A DNA stretch of 32,000 nucleotides from Massilicoli timonensis (GCF_900199515.1 NZ_LT963433.1:240001-272000); one strand, 5' to 3'. Shown: positions 1 to 9,940, numbered from the stretch's first letter. The notes: generated by a model not told the origin, from the letters alone. Numbers and translations are program-made.

Positions 1-2615
1 TTATATAACTGCTGCAATTCATCAAAGCTCTCTTGGAACACTTGCACGAATGCCATAAACTTCGTAGTTTGTTCCACTTTTTCTTTTTCCTTTTCCGTAT
101 TGGTTACCAATCGTTCGATCAAACAACTGATATGCATGTTTAAGCCGATGATCAGACGATTGCTGAAAGTGAGCTGTAAATGCTGCTGCAGCTTATAAAT
201 ACTGCTCTCCACGGCATTTAACAGCTTCTCCGGATTGAGGATCGTCAAATAGCCGATGATGTTCAGCAAAGCAAAATTCTTTACAAGATTCTTGTTAAAC
301 TGCTTGATTCCCGCACTGTCAAGATATTCTGACAAGATGGAATTAACCAAAGAGATGTTTTCATTGGCAATGATATCCTCCAGCGCAATAAAGGGGATTC
401 CTTCCAGCATCGGATTGAGCGATCCGATCAGCAGTAATACCTCATGTTCCTGTAACAGCACCTCGCATTGCGCACTGTGATCAAGATCTTCATAGGCAAA
501 ATATAGAAAATCAAGATCCATTTTATTCGGCAGACTTTTCACAAACAGATCAATGACCCGTTTTGTCGCTTCTATGCCGTTTTCCGCAGAAAAGACAATG
601 GCCTTGCGCTTGCGATTGCTTTTGATCAGCTGATAAGAAATCTGCGATTCCTCGCATACTTCCTTTAAGATCGTCCTGAGGTCTTGATTTTGTAAGATCT
701 TCATACCGGCTGACAGCGCTACCTTCGTGGAAATATTATTTAGGACGCCGATATTAAGATTGGCGATTTCCGAAAGTGAGCTGCCGATATCTTCTAAAGA
801 TCCCATATCTACTAAGAGCAGCACCTGTTGCGCTGATTTCTGCTGCACAAATTTACGTAACGGGGAAACGATGCTTTCCACCGATGTATCTAATGGCATA
901 TCGATTGCCTCAAAGACATGCTTGCCGAGCATACGATTGACCGCATCGGTAATGGAACTGGCAGTGGAATAGCCATGCGATAAAATAACACCGGTGATAC
1001 GTGATGTATCGATCTTTTTATTATAGAAGCTGATATAGATACAGATAAACAGCATATTGACATCATCAATGGAAAGATCTAACAAAGATTTGATCGTCTG
1101 CCGCAGTTCCTTAGCAATCATCATTTCTTTTTCAAGACGACGGTCAAACAGTGTATAGATTTCTTTTGCCCGTTCTTTGTCCTGCCTGCTTTCAGCACTT
1201 TGATCACTCATCATCAACATATAGAGAATACGTGATAAAACGATGGAAAAATTAGCCGATAAATAAATCTGATACGTTTCGGCGATCTGTCTTACGATAT
1301 GAGAAACCATCGTTTCTAAAGTTTTCAGTTCTTCGCTCTGACAGCGAATCTTATAAATATGATAATCAAAGTAACTGTTTGTTTCATTAGAAGCGCGATA
1401 TAAAAATTCATCAAAGCGCATCGCACCGCGAACATACGCCGCATAATCATCAAACAGCGCCTGTGCATAAGCATTTGCTTTTGCTTCTGTGCGTTCCTCA
1501 TAAAAATGGGCAAGTGGGAAATAAACGCCGGCTTCTTTTTCTTCCATCATATTTTTCACTGACAACGTACGGACGATCGAAGCAGGCAGATCGAGCGGCT
1601 TGATCGTAACGATACCGCTGTCATTGCGATCAGCGGCGGCATTCGCGCAGGTCCAGCGGACGATGCTTTTTAACTGATCGATATTTTCCTCGTAGTGATA
1701 TTTGAGCAGTGCCCCAAAAGATAACGGATTGAGATACAGGCGACATTGCAGCTGCTGTTCTTCTTTTTTCAGAAAATGCAGCAAGAGATCTCTTTTATCC
1801 GATAAAAAGCGGCTTTCCAGATCCGGGATCTGTACTTGCACCGGTATGACGTCAAGCAGTTCTTTGTCAATGCTTTCCAAAGGCTGCGTGGTCGATAAAA
1901 CAAATCGACACGATGCTTTGTCTTTTCTCGCCTCGATCTGGCAATGATGCAGAATGGCAATCAAAGCGCTTTGATCTTCCTTTTTTAAGCATTCGATCTC
2001 ACTGATATAGACAAAGCCCTCCTGTTCTTTTAAGCTGTCCTGGATCATCTTCTTGCTATGATCTCCCTTCTGGCAGGAAACGCTGAAGAAGGAAGCATTG
2101 GCGTCAATGATGTGATTCGAGAGCGCATATTCATACATGCAGCGCGCCATCAGTTGCCGTCCGCTGCCCTTTTGTCCGCATAAAAGAAGTGGTAAGCCGT
2201 TTGGCGGATAATTGATTGCCATCACGCACTGATGTACACAATATTTCAAACTGGTGCTATGACCGATCAGTTTCAAAAAATCGTTTTTCTTTCCATTTTG
2301 GTCCCGCAAAAGCGCTGAAAACTCATCGACATCTTCAAACACGGTCTTTGAAAAACGCATTGATAAACCGGTCTCGATCGTCTGACGATCTAAAAAATAG
2401 ACCGGTCTTGAGATGATCTTGATGATCTTTCCTTCTTTGGTTAAATGGTTCAAATACAAGGAAGCAAGTGAGCGTGAGATATAAAGCTGCTCTTTGACCG
2501 ACTGTGCCGTACAGGTCAATACGCCCTGTTCACAATACTGTTTACTGCATGTGATGACGATCTGATGGATCGCCTCGATCGTTTTCTGTTCCTTTTCCGC
2601 ATATACGTGTGCCAT
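1..2615 (-). CDS. LevR-type PTS-operon transcriptional regulator (AAA+ / PRD-like / EIIA-Man-like modules); the C-terminal end runs off the window start
   Basis: It is absent from the ORF track because no stop codon lies in the window. I translated the minus strand from ATG 2615..2613 (MAHVYAEKEQKTIEAIHQIV...LLLCGQKGSGRQLMARCMYEYA...GVILSHGYSTASSITDAVNRMLG...). The frame stays open to base 3 (...FDELQQLY). RBS: agaggtgatcagATG. Confidence 0.85.
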   Translation of the reverse strand, partial: MAHVYAEKEQKTIEAIHQIVITCSKQYCEQGVLTCTAQSVKEQLYISRSLASLYLNHLTKEGKIIKIISRPVYFLDRQTIETGLSMRFSKTVFEDVDEFSALLRDQNGKKNDFLKLIGHSTSLKYCVHQCVMAINYPPNGLPLLLCGQKGSGRQLMARCMYEYALSNHIIDANASFFSVSCQKGDHSKKMIQDSLKEQEGFVYISEIECLKKEDQSALIAILHHCQIEARKDKASCRFVLSTTQPLESIDKELLDVIPVQVQIPDLESRFLSDKRDLLLHFLKKEEQQLQCRLYLNPLSFGALLKYHYEENIDQLKSIVRWTCANAAADRNDSGIVTIKPLDLPASIVRTLSVKNMMEEKEAGVYFPLAHFYEERTEAKANAYAQALFDDYAAYVRGAMRFDEFLYRASNETNSYFDYHIYKIRCQSEELKTLETMVSHIVRQIAETYQIYLSANFSIVLSRILYMLMMSDQSAESRQDKERAKEIYTLFDRRLEKEMMIAKELRQTIKSLLDLSIDDVNMLFICIYISFYNKKIDTSRITGVILSHGYSTASSITDAVNRMLGKHVFEAIDMPLDTSVESIVSPLRKFVQQKSAQQVLLLVDMGSLEDIGSSLSEIANLNIGVLNNISTKVALSAGMKILQNQDLRTILKEVCEESQISYQLIKSNRKRKAIVFSAENGIEATKRVIDLFVKSLPNKMDLDFLYFAYEDLDHSAQCEVLLQEHEVLLLIGSLNPMLEGIPFIALEDIIANENISLVNSILSEYLDSAGIKQFNKNLVKNFALLNIIGYLTILNPEKLLNAVESSIYKLQQHLQLTFSNRLIIGLNMHISCLIERLVTNTEKEKEKVEQTTKFMAFVQVFQESFDELQQLY

Positions 2616-2713
2616 CTGATCACCTCTTTTCTGCCTATACAGACAACGGCACAAACGAGTGAGCGCTGCCGATCACCCGTTTGCCTTATTATGTGCCTGT
2701 CATCTGTTCATCA

Positions 2714-3271
2714 TCAACGATTGTCTTTCCAAATGATCTTGCCGTCTTGCTTAAAGCAGCGTACCGGGAAACCCACTTCCTTGATACGATCGTACTTTGC
2801 ACCGCCAGTCGCTGAGTCCACTGCCAAAAAGATCAGTTCTTCTTCTCCGGTATTGATGACGCGATGGGCGTATTTCCCTTCAATGTAATGCAGGCTGCCC
2901 TGTTTCATTTCTTCGGCAAAACATGTTTCATCGCCATCCCATTTCAACAGATAGCCATTGCCTTTTACACATAAGTAATATTCCATATATTTTGGTTCAT
3001 CATGGAAATGCCCCTTTGTCATATTGCACTCCCCGTCGATCAGCAGCGGCTGAATCGTGGTAGTACCATAGTAGAGATCGGTCATCGTACGATTGCCGAT
3101 CGCATAGCAGACGCGATAACTCTCCTGATGTCCCCGTGCCTGCGCGGCGTTCGCATTTGCATAATAGTCTGCCACTTCATCAAAATAAGTCGTATTGTGA
3201 ATCAGATCTTCTCCTTCCATATAAGCAGAACCGCTTAGATCTAAATGATATTTTGCCGGAATGATTTTCAT
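2714..3271 (-). CDS. cupin-type sugar-phosphate isomerase (archaeal-type glucose-6-phosphate isomerase-like)
   Basis: This is ORF 2714..3319 trimmed to the internal ATG at 3271 (MKIIPAKY...), which is preceded by GAGGTG. The motif TKGHFHDEPKYMEYY fits the cupin PGI signature TxGHxHxxxxxxExY as I recall it. It is the last gene of the PTS operon. Confidence 0.6.
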   Translation of the reverse strand: MKIIPAKYHLDLSGSAYMEGEDLIHNTTYFDEVADYYANANAAQARGHQESYRVCYAIGNRTMTDLYYGTTTIQPLLIDGECNMTKGHFHDEPKYMEYYLCVKGNGYLLKWDGDETCFAEEMKQGSLHYIEGKYAHRVINTGEEELIFLAVDSATGGAKYDRIKEVGFPVRCFKQDGKIIWKDNR

Positions 3272-3284
3272 AATTTCACCTCTT

Positions 3285-4115
3285 TTACGCACCCAGAATA
3301 CCGAAATAAGCACAAACAAGCGAGAATGCGAACATGAGCAGCATCAACACGACATTGTTTAGCTTCTTCTTAAATATGAGCCACCAGCAAAGCCACAGCA
3401 TACCCATGCTCAGGATATTCGGTGTAACCGAATCTAAGATCGACTGCAGTGTCTGTTCCGCCTCTCCTACTCCAAACGACAAGGTTACATTGACATACAC
3501 CCATTCACAGGTCATACTTCCAAATACCATCATGGCGATCACACTGGTCGCATAACGGAATTTATCCATCAATCCGCTTTCCAGCGCCGAATCAATGAAT
3601 TTTGCACCTAGATCATAGCCGAGGAAAGCCCCCTTGTACTTGCAATAGAAATTCGGTACATCGAAGATCAATAAGAATACCAATATGCCAAGCGGATTAC
3701 CGTCTAAGGCAAAACTGGTACCGATCGCAGTGGCAATGATACGAATGGTATTTAAGAAGATCGCATCAAAGATGCCCGCTGCCGGACCGATCAATGCGGT
3801 CTTGACACCGGTAATCATCGAAACATCATAATCATCTGATTTGGCATTTTCTTCTTCCATCGAAAGAATCATCCCCTGAATAAAAGGAATCGGCTGCATA
3901 GCGGTATTAAAAAACTCATTGGTATGACGATACAGCGCATCGCGATACTTCTGTGCATCATGCGCATAGATTTTCTTTAATGCCGGGATCAAGGCAATCG
4001 CATAGCCCAGATTATTGCCGCGGGCATGATCCCATGCGCCTTCATTGCTGAAATTTAATAAAAATACTTTACGTAGATCTTTTTTATTCAAAACCTTGTC
4101 AGAAATCTGTGTCAT
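3285..4115 (-). CDS. PTS mannose/fructose/sorbose-family EIID component
   Basis: The sequence MTQISDKVLNKKDLRKVFLLNFSNEGAWDHARGNNLGYAIALIPALKKIY... is typical of an EIID N-terminus. The start at 4115 follows GGAAAGGAGG and overlaps the end of the IIC gene. Confidence 0.9.
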   Translation of the reverse strand: MTQISDKVLNKKDLRKVFLLNFSNEGAWDHARGNNLGYAIALIPALKKIYAHDAQKYRDALYRHTNEFFNTAMQPIPFIQGMILSMEEENAKSDDYDVSMITGVKTALIGPAAGIFDAIFLNTIRIIATAIGTSFALDGNPLGILVFLLIFDVPNFYCKYKGAFLGYDLGAKFIDSALESGLMDKFRYATSVIAMMVFGSMTCEWVYVNVTLSFGVGEAEQTLQSILDSVTPNILSMGMLWLCWWLIFKKKLNNVVLMLLMFAFSLVCAYFGILGA

Positions 4116-4860
4116 CTGCCATAGCCTCCTTTCCATGATCAGACCAGTTTACTGTCAAAAGCACGATGATGATACTAAGCGCCAGCACCCCTAACATCGA
4201 CATGCCTAAATAAGAGGAAAGAATGAAACCTAAAAACAGATACGGCAGTGTCTTGGTATTAAACACCATATTCAGCAGCATCGCAAAGCCGACTGCCGGC
4301 AGGATGCCGGAAACGATGCTGAAGCTCGTCGTTACCCAATCCGGCAGTTCCGATAAAACGGAAGAAACCGCTTCGGATCCGAAATAATACATCGCAAAGG
4401 CAATAAAGAAACGATAGATGAACAGTAAGAATGCCGTTGTGAAATGGGCGATGTAGATTCCTTTCTCATTGCCTTTGGCAGCAGAGCGGATGCCATAGTT
4501 TTTAATGATCGGACTCAGCGTTACATAAATGATATTTTTGAACCCGGAAGAAATGACTGCGATCGGTGTCGCAACCACCAGTGCCGCTCCCAGATCCATA
4601 CCGCTGTGGATCACGAATGCAGTTGCAATCGCCGTTCCCAGTGATGCGTCAGGAGGCACATAAGAGCCCATGCTGATTGCGCCGATGAATACCAGCTCCA
4701 AACTGGCGCCGGTCATGACGCCGGTAGGAATATCGCCAAGTGCCAAACCGATCAAAAAGCCGATGCAGAGCGGACGATAGGTATAACTGCTCCACAAAAA
4801 CGCTTCATCGATAATCTGCCAGCCGGCGATGATTCCAACTAGAATCGCCTGTAATAACAT
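4099..4860 (-). CDS. PTS mannose/fructose/sorbose-family EIIC component
   Basis: It is a polytopic membrane protein (MLLQAILVGIIAGWQIIDEAF...). The start at 4860 follows GAGAGGGA. It lies between the IIB and IID genes. Confidence 0.9.
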   Translation of the reverse strand: MLLQAILVGIIAGWQIIDEAFLWSSYTYRPLCIGFLIGLALGDIPTGVMTGASLELVFIGAISMGSYVPPDASLGTAIATAFVIHSGMDLGAALVVATPIAVISSGFKNIIYVTLSPIIKNYGIRSAAKGNEKGIYIAHFTTAFLLFIYRFFIAFAMYYFGSEAVSSVLSELPDWVTTSFSIVSGILPAVGFAMLLNMVFNTKTLPYLFLGFILSSYLGMSMLGVLALSIIIVLLTVNWSDHGKEAMADDTDF

Positions 4861-4990
4861 AAAAATCCCTCTCTTTCTTTTTTTCTCCCTTTCAGATCGC
4901 AAGAAATCAGTATGTGCTTACCGATCCTTGATCGATCTTACCCATATCGCTCCCCTTTTCGCTAAAGATCAGATGCGTTTGTCCTTTCTG

Positions 4991-5461
4991 CTACAGCTTT
5001 TCTCTCACATCCACTTTGGCGGTCGTCGGCAGCTTCTGCAAATACAATTCATACCCTTCATCGACCATTTTACGGATGCTTGCCAGTTCGTCATCAGATG
5101 CCGCAAAAGCTTCATTCAACATATGCGTACGTTCCTTTGTCGGCATCATACTGCCCAAATTGCACGACTTGATGCCACAGCCGCGCATCAGGGCAAAGGC
5201 ATACTCGTTGTCCTCGGTAATGATAAACAGCTTGTATTTATCCGTAACCCCGGAATTGATGACCCGAATCGAATCCGCTACATTTTTAATGACTAGCTTT
5301 ACGCCCATCGGCTTGCTTAATTTTACTGCGGATAATCGAACCGGATCCTGCAATAAACGATCGGAACAAATGAGGATACAGTCAGCATGCAGGTGTGCCG
5401 TCCAGAATACGCCTGTCTGTCCATGGATCAGACGATGATCGACTCTAAGCAATTCAATCAT
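4991..5461 (-). CDS. PTS sorbose/mannose-family EIIB component
   Basis: MIELLRVDHRLIHGQTGVFW carries the EIIB-Man signature R(I/V)DxRLIHGQ. The start at 5461 follows AAGGAGGG. The ORF-track start at 5545 is probably too far upstream. Confidence 0.9.
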   Translation of the reverse strand: MIELLRVDHRLIHGQTGVFWTAHLHADCILICSDRLLQDPVRLSAVKLSKPMGVKLVIKNVADSIRVINSGVTDKYKLFIITEDNEYAFALMRGCGIKSCNLGSMMPTKERTHMLNEAFAASDDELASIRKMVDEGYELYLQKLPTTAKVDVREKL

Positions 5462-5788
5462 GCTGTCCCTCCTTTCTGCTCTCATCTTAATCAATTTCCG
5501 AAAAAAGAGGGAAAAGCACCCTTCTTTTTCACACTGCACGATCATTTTTCAACACTATCCTTCCGCATTGCCGTAAAATGCGCATCCAAACGGATAAAAA
5601 CGGCAGTGTGAAAGAAATGTGATGATCCTTTGAGAAACAGCGCATATACAAGAGCTGTTTTATAAAGTTTACAGGAAGCGATCTTTATTAAGATGTGTTA
5701 AAAAAAACAAAGCAGTGTCAAGGATCCATGACAATCTGCTTTTGCTTCTTTTTTTATGATAGAGTATGGTCAAGAAAGAAGGGATATT

Positions 5789-6622
5789 ATGCAGCTTGGA
5801 ATTTTCTCAAAAACCTATGAAGGAACATTAGAACACGTCTTTCAGAAAATGGAACAGGATCAACTTACCTGCACACAATTTAATCTTTCCTCTGCCGGTA
5901 TGGAAAGTATGCCGCTTACCTATGATCGCGCGGTGTTAGATAAGATCAAAGATGCTGCCAGACGACATCACATTGAATTGGTCGCTTTATCCGGCACCTT
6001 TAATATGATCGATCCGGATGAAGAAAAGCGGCAAGACGGTATTCAACGCTTCGCCGTATTGTGCGAAATTGCCGCTTATTTAGAAATCCCGATCATTACC
6101 TTATGCACCGGTTCAAAAAATCGTGAAAGCAAATGGAAATGGCACGATGACAATGATTCAAACGACGCGTGGGAGGATCTGCTTGAAACTACGAAACAGC
6201 TATTGCCGATGGCGGAAGCGCATCATCTCACATTGGGAATAGAGGTGGAGGCAAGCAATGTCATTCATTCTCCGGCTTTGGCGCGCAAGTATTTGGATCT
6301 ATTTCAAAACGACCATCTCAAGATCGTTATGGACGGCGCAAATCTGTTTCATCCAAAGCAGATCGAGACGATGCAGGCTACTTTAAGCGAAGCGTTTGCG
6401 CTGTTGGGAAATGATATCTGTCTTGCACATGCCAAGGATCTGGCATCTGATCAGGATATTCAATTTGTAGCGGCGGGGACCGGGATCCTTGATTATGACA
6501 CCTATCTGCAGTTATTAAAGAATTATCATTATGAAGGGGCGCTGATCATACATGGACTAACGGAAGCACAGGTTGCGGAAAGTAAAACTTTTCTGGAAAG
6601 GAAGTTGTCGTATGCCTTATAA
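5789..6622 (+). CDS. sugar phosphate isomerase/epimerase (xylose isomerase-like TIM barrel)
   Basis: MQLGIFSKTYEG...ELVALSGTFNMIDPDEEKR...LGIEVEASNV...MDGANLF shows the typical pattern of this family. The internal ATG at 5789 follows a purine-rich RBS. Confidence 0.75.
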   Translation: MQLGIFSKTYEGTLEHVFQKMEQDQLTCTQFNLSSAGMESMPLTYDRAVLDKIKDAARRHHIELVALSGTFNMIDPDEEKRQDGIQRFAVLCEIAAYLEIPIITLCTGSKNRESKWKWHDDNDSNDAWEDLLETTKQLLPMAEAHHLTLGIEVEASNVIHSPALARKYLDLFQNDHLKIVMDGANLFHPKQIETMQATLSEAFALLGNDICLAHAKDLASDQDIQFVAAGTGILDYDTYLQLLKNYHYEGALIIHGLTEAQVAESKTFLERKLSYAL

Positions 6623-7388
6623 GCAAAGAAATGGATGTGCGCTTTATTATGAAGTGCAGGGACAAGGCGAACCACTGATCTTTTTACATGGGTTGGGCGG
6701 CAGTATGGAGCAGGTACAGGCACTCTTTCCCCAGCTTGATCATATTCAGCTGATCCTCATTGACCAAAGAGGTCATGGAAAAAGCACAGGCAGTTTCACT
6801 TCATATACTTTTGCCGATCTGGCAGAAGATGTGCTTGCCATTGCTGATGAATTACATCTTGCACAGTTTTCGATTGCCGGTATCTCGATGGGTGCAGCAG
6901 TCAGCGTATATCTTTTGTTACATGCGCCGAAACGGATCAAAAAAACGCTTCTGATCAGAAACGCCTGGATCAATGAAGCGATGTCGCCCTCATTTCGCTC
7001 ACTTTACGCTTTGCTTGCGGACTGCCTGAAAAAAAAGGAGAAAGCCCGTTTCCAAGCAAACGCATACTTTTGTGAATTGCAGATGGCTGCACCGGCTGCC
7101 GCTGCCTCTTTGCTGCAGTGCTTCGATGATCCGGCCGCACGCCGATACCCTGAAAAATTTATCGAAATCCCCAAACAGAAACCATTCCAAGACCTTTTCG
7201 ATCTGCATCAAATCAAACAGCCGGTCATGATCTTGGCAAATCACCGCGATCCGATCCATCCGTTCGCATTCGGGCAGTGCCTGCATGCGCATATTCCGCA
7301 TTCTTCCTTTTATGAAATTATCAGCAAGAGTGAAAACGCCGCAAAACAGGCAGAACAGATCGCTTTTTATCTACACGCCTTTTTATAA
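6612..7388 (+). CDS. alpha/beta-fold hydrolase
   Basis: PLIFLHGLGGS provides the oxyanion region and IAGISMGA the GxSxG nucleophile elbow. The ATG at 6612 overlaps the upstream stop codon, suggesting translational coupling. Confidence 0.8.
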   Translation: MPYKQRNGCALYYEVQGQGEPLIFLHGLGGSMEQVQALFPQLDHIQLILIDQRGHGKSTGSFTSYTFADLAEDVLAIADELHLAQFSIAGISMGAAVSVYLLLHAPKRIKKTLLIRNAWINEAMSPSFRSLYALLADCLKKKEKARFQANAYFCELQMAAPAAAASLLQCFDDPAARRYPEKFIEIPKQKPFQDLFDLHQIKQPVMILANHRDPIHPFAFGQCLHAHIPHSSFYEIISKSENAAKQAEQIAFYLHAFL

Positions 7389-7389
7389 G

Positions 7390-7452
7390 AAAAAGACCGC
7401 AAGCCGCAAGGGTCAAACACGGATGTACCCATCTAAGATTTCGGTCTTTTTT
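7390..7452. terminator. putative bidirectional terminator between convergent genes
   Basis: AAAAAGACCG...CGGTCTTTTTT outer stem, with an A-run and a T-run on either side and an inner GGGT..ACCC helix. The loop is long, so confidence is modest. Confidence 0.4.
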
Positions 7453-7474
7453 AATTGTTATAAGCGCTTCATTT

Positions 7475-9910
7475 TTACCATTTTGCCTGAAAACGGCGTA
7501 AGCGCAGCGCATTGGAAACAACGGAAATCGAACTGAATGCCATTGCCGCTCCGGCGAAAACCGGACTCAGCAGCGGTCCGCCGAAGAAATAAAGCAGGCC
7601 TGCCGCAATCGGAATGCCCAAACTATTATAGAAAAATGCCCAAAACAAATTCTGTTTGATATTGCGAATGACCGCATTGGCAAGTTCATAAGCAACTACG
7701 ACATCTTTCATCTCATCTTTTACCAGCACCACATCTGCGCTTTCCACCGCAACATCGCTGCCGCTGCCGATCGCGATACCTACATCTGCCAGGGTCAAAG
7801 CATATGCGTCATTGATTCCATCTCCGACCATTGCCACCTTTTTCCCGTTCTTTTGGAAAGAGGCGATGACATCGCCTTTTTGATCCGGCAGCACCTGTGC
7901 GATCACATGCGTGATGCCCGCTTCTTCCCCGATCGCTTTGGCGGCGATCTCATTATCACCGGTAAGCATTACCACATCAATGCCCAGGCTGCGCAGCTTC
8001 TTCATCGTAACAGCACTATCTGCCTTTAATTCATCACGAATCGCACATACGCCTAACAAATGTCCATCATATCCGGCAAATACCAACGTGTTGCCTTTTT
8101 TCAGCAGTTTATGATATGCTTCCTGCTCTTCCTTGATCGCATAGCCTTTTTCTTTCAAAAATTTGGCATTGCCGACGACAATTTCTTTGCCTTCGATGCG
8201 TGCCTGCACCCCTAAGCCGTGCATGCTCACAACTTCACTTGCCGTATATTTCGGTGCATCGATCTTCTGCGCATGATCGACGATCGCTTTCGAAAGAGGA
8301 TGATTGGAACCCGCCTCTGCCGCTGCCATATAGGCAAATGCCTGCGGTGCATCATCACCGATAAAATCACTTACGACAGGCTTGCCGATGGTAAGGGTGC
8401 CGGTCTTATCAAAGATCATCGTATCAATATGCGCAAATCGTTCCAGCGCTTCCCCGCTTTTTAAGAAAATACCGTTCTGCGCCGCTTTGCCGGTACCGAC
8501 CATAATCGCGGTAGGCGTTGCCAAACCCAGCGCACAAGGACAGGCAATGACCATGACACTGACAAATACCGTCAAAGAAAACGTAAAATCCTGTTCCATC
8601 ACATACCAGAAAATGCCCGCAAGTACGGCAATGACCATCACTGCCGGTACAAAAACCGACGCTACCTGATCTGCCACCTTCGCGATCGGCGCCTTTTTGC
8701 CCTGCGCATTTTCCACCATGCGGATCATCTTGGTCAAGACACTGTTATCCATATTGGCGCTTACCGAAACCAGCAGCCTTCCACTTAAATTCAGCGTACC
8801 TCCTACTACCGCATCACCGATTTCCTTATCTACCGGCATGCTTTCTCCGCTTAACATTGATTCATCTACCGAACTGCTTCCTTCGATGATCGTACCGTCC
8901 ATTGCAATCTGATCACCTGCTTTGACAACGATCTGATCGCCGATTGCTACTTCTTCCAGTGAGACCGTGATTTCTTCTCCTTCTTTATACAGCGTCGCCG
9001 TAGAAGGACGAAGCTTCATCAGTGATCGGATCGCGTCAAACGTCTTGCGCTTGCTGCGCGCTTCTAAATGCTTGCCCAGCATGACCAGCGCCACGACCAC
9101 GCCGGCGGATTCAAAATACAGATGATGCACATACATAAGATTTCCCTGCATGATCTGGACCAGTGCATACAAACTGTAAAGATACGCACTGCCGGTACCG
9201 ATGCACACCAAGGAATCCATATTCGGCGCACCATGCAGCAGTGCTTTGCTGCCGCGGATAAAAAAGGCATTTCCGATCAAAATGATCAGTGTTGCCAAAA
9301 CAAACTGAATGAGTGCGAAATTGAGCGGATGTGTTTCATAATGAATGATCTGCGGCAAAGGCAAGGCAATCGGCAACATGTGGCTCATGCCGATATATAA
9401 AAGCACAAAAGCCAATACCAAAGCGATCGGAATATGCCATCGCTCATAGAAAGAGGGCTTTTCTTCGACCTTTTGCTGCTGATCTAAGATCACACTGCCC
9501 TCATATCCACCCTTTTGTAACGCATGCAGCAGTTCTCCCAGCTTTACTTTACGCTTATCATAAGTAACGCTTGCCTGATTCGTCAAAAGATTCACACTTG
9601 CTTCCTTTACCCCGTTTTGCCCTTTTAAGATCTTCTCACAGGCATTTGCGCATGAAGCACAATGCATGCCCTTGATCGTTAGATTCACCGTTACATATTC
9701 CGCTAACGGCAAGATCGCAAATTCAGCCTTTTGTAAAGCCTGATTCGCCGCTTCCAGATCCAGTTCTTCATTAGCAACGATCACTGCCTGATTCATGATC
9801 AAATTCACTTCCACGCTTTCCACCTGCGGCTGCTTCTTTAAGATGCGTTCGACTGCCGCCGCACAGGCAGCGCAGTGCATGCCTTCGATTCGATAAGTTT
9901 CTTTTATCAT
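7475..9910 (-). CDS. copA: copper-translocating P1B-type ATPase with two N-terminal HMA domains
   Basis: It has two GMHCAxC metal-binding motifs, the CPC transmembrane motif, the DKTGTLT phosphorylation site and GDGINDAYAL. The start at 9910 follows AAAGGAGG. Confidence 0.95.
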   Translation of the reverse strand: MIKETYRIEGMHCAACAAAVERILKKQPQVESVEVNLIMNQAVIVANEELDLEAANQALQKAEFAILPLAEYVTVNLTIKGMHCASCANACEKILKGQNGVKEASVNLLTNQASVTYDKRKVKLGELLHALQKGGYEGSVILDQQQKVEEKPSFYERWHIPIALVLAFVLLYIGMSHMLPIALPLPQIIHYETHPLNFALIQFVLATLIILIGNAFFIRGSKALLHGAPNMDSLVCIGTGSAYLYSLYALVQIMQGNLMYVHHLYFESAGVVVALVMLGKHLEARSKRKTFDAIRSLMKLRPSTATLYKEGEEITVSLEEVAIGDQIVVKAGDQIAMDGTIIEGSSSVDESMLSGESMPVDKEIGDAVVGGTLNLSGRLLVSVSANMDNSVLTKMIRMVENAQGKKAPIAKVADQVASVFVPAVMVIAVLAGIFWYVMEQDFTFSLTVFVSVMVIACPCALGLATPTAIMVGTGKAAQNGIFLKSGEALERFAHIDTMIFDKTGTLTIGKPVVSDFIGDDAPQAFAYMAAAEAGSNHPLSKAIVDHAQKIDAPKYTASEVVSMHGLGVQARIEGKEIVVGNAKFLKEKGYAIKEEQEAYHKLLKKGNTLVFAGYDGHLLGVCAIRDELKADSAVTMKKLRSLGIDVVMLTGDNEIAAKAIGEEAGITHVIAQVLPDQKGDVIASFQKNGKKVAMVGDGINDAYALTLADVGIAIGSGSDVAVESADVVLVKDEMKDVVVAYELANAVIRNIKQNLFWAFFYNSLGIPIAAGLLYFFGGPLLSPVFAGAAMAFSSISVVSNALRLRRFQAKW

Positions 9911-9940
9911 AAAAACCTCCTTTTTGCGCACATCGACAGA

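Noticed and set aside
5462-5755. I searched both strands for a sigma-54 -24/-12 promoter (TGGCAC-N5-TTGCA/T), which a LevR-regulated PTS operon would be expected to have.
   Set aside because: No GG-N10-GC element with acceptable flanks was found. The nearest strings (TGACAATCTGCTTTTGCT, CTGCACGATCATTTTTC) lack the invariant GG, so no promoter is called.
7911-9400. Several 60-110-aa plus-strand ORFs inside the copA region, and similar antisense ORFs inside other long genes.
   Set aside because: All lie antisense to strongly supported genes, lack RBSs and have no recognisable motifs. They are shadow ORFs.
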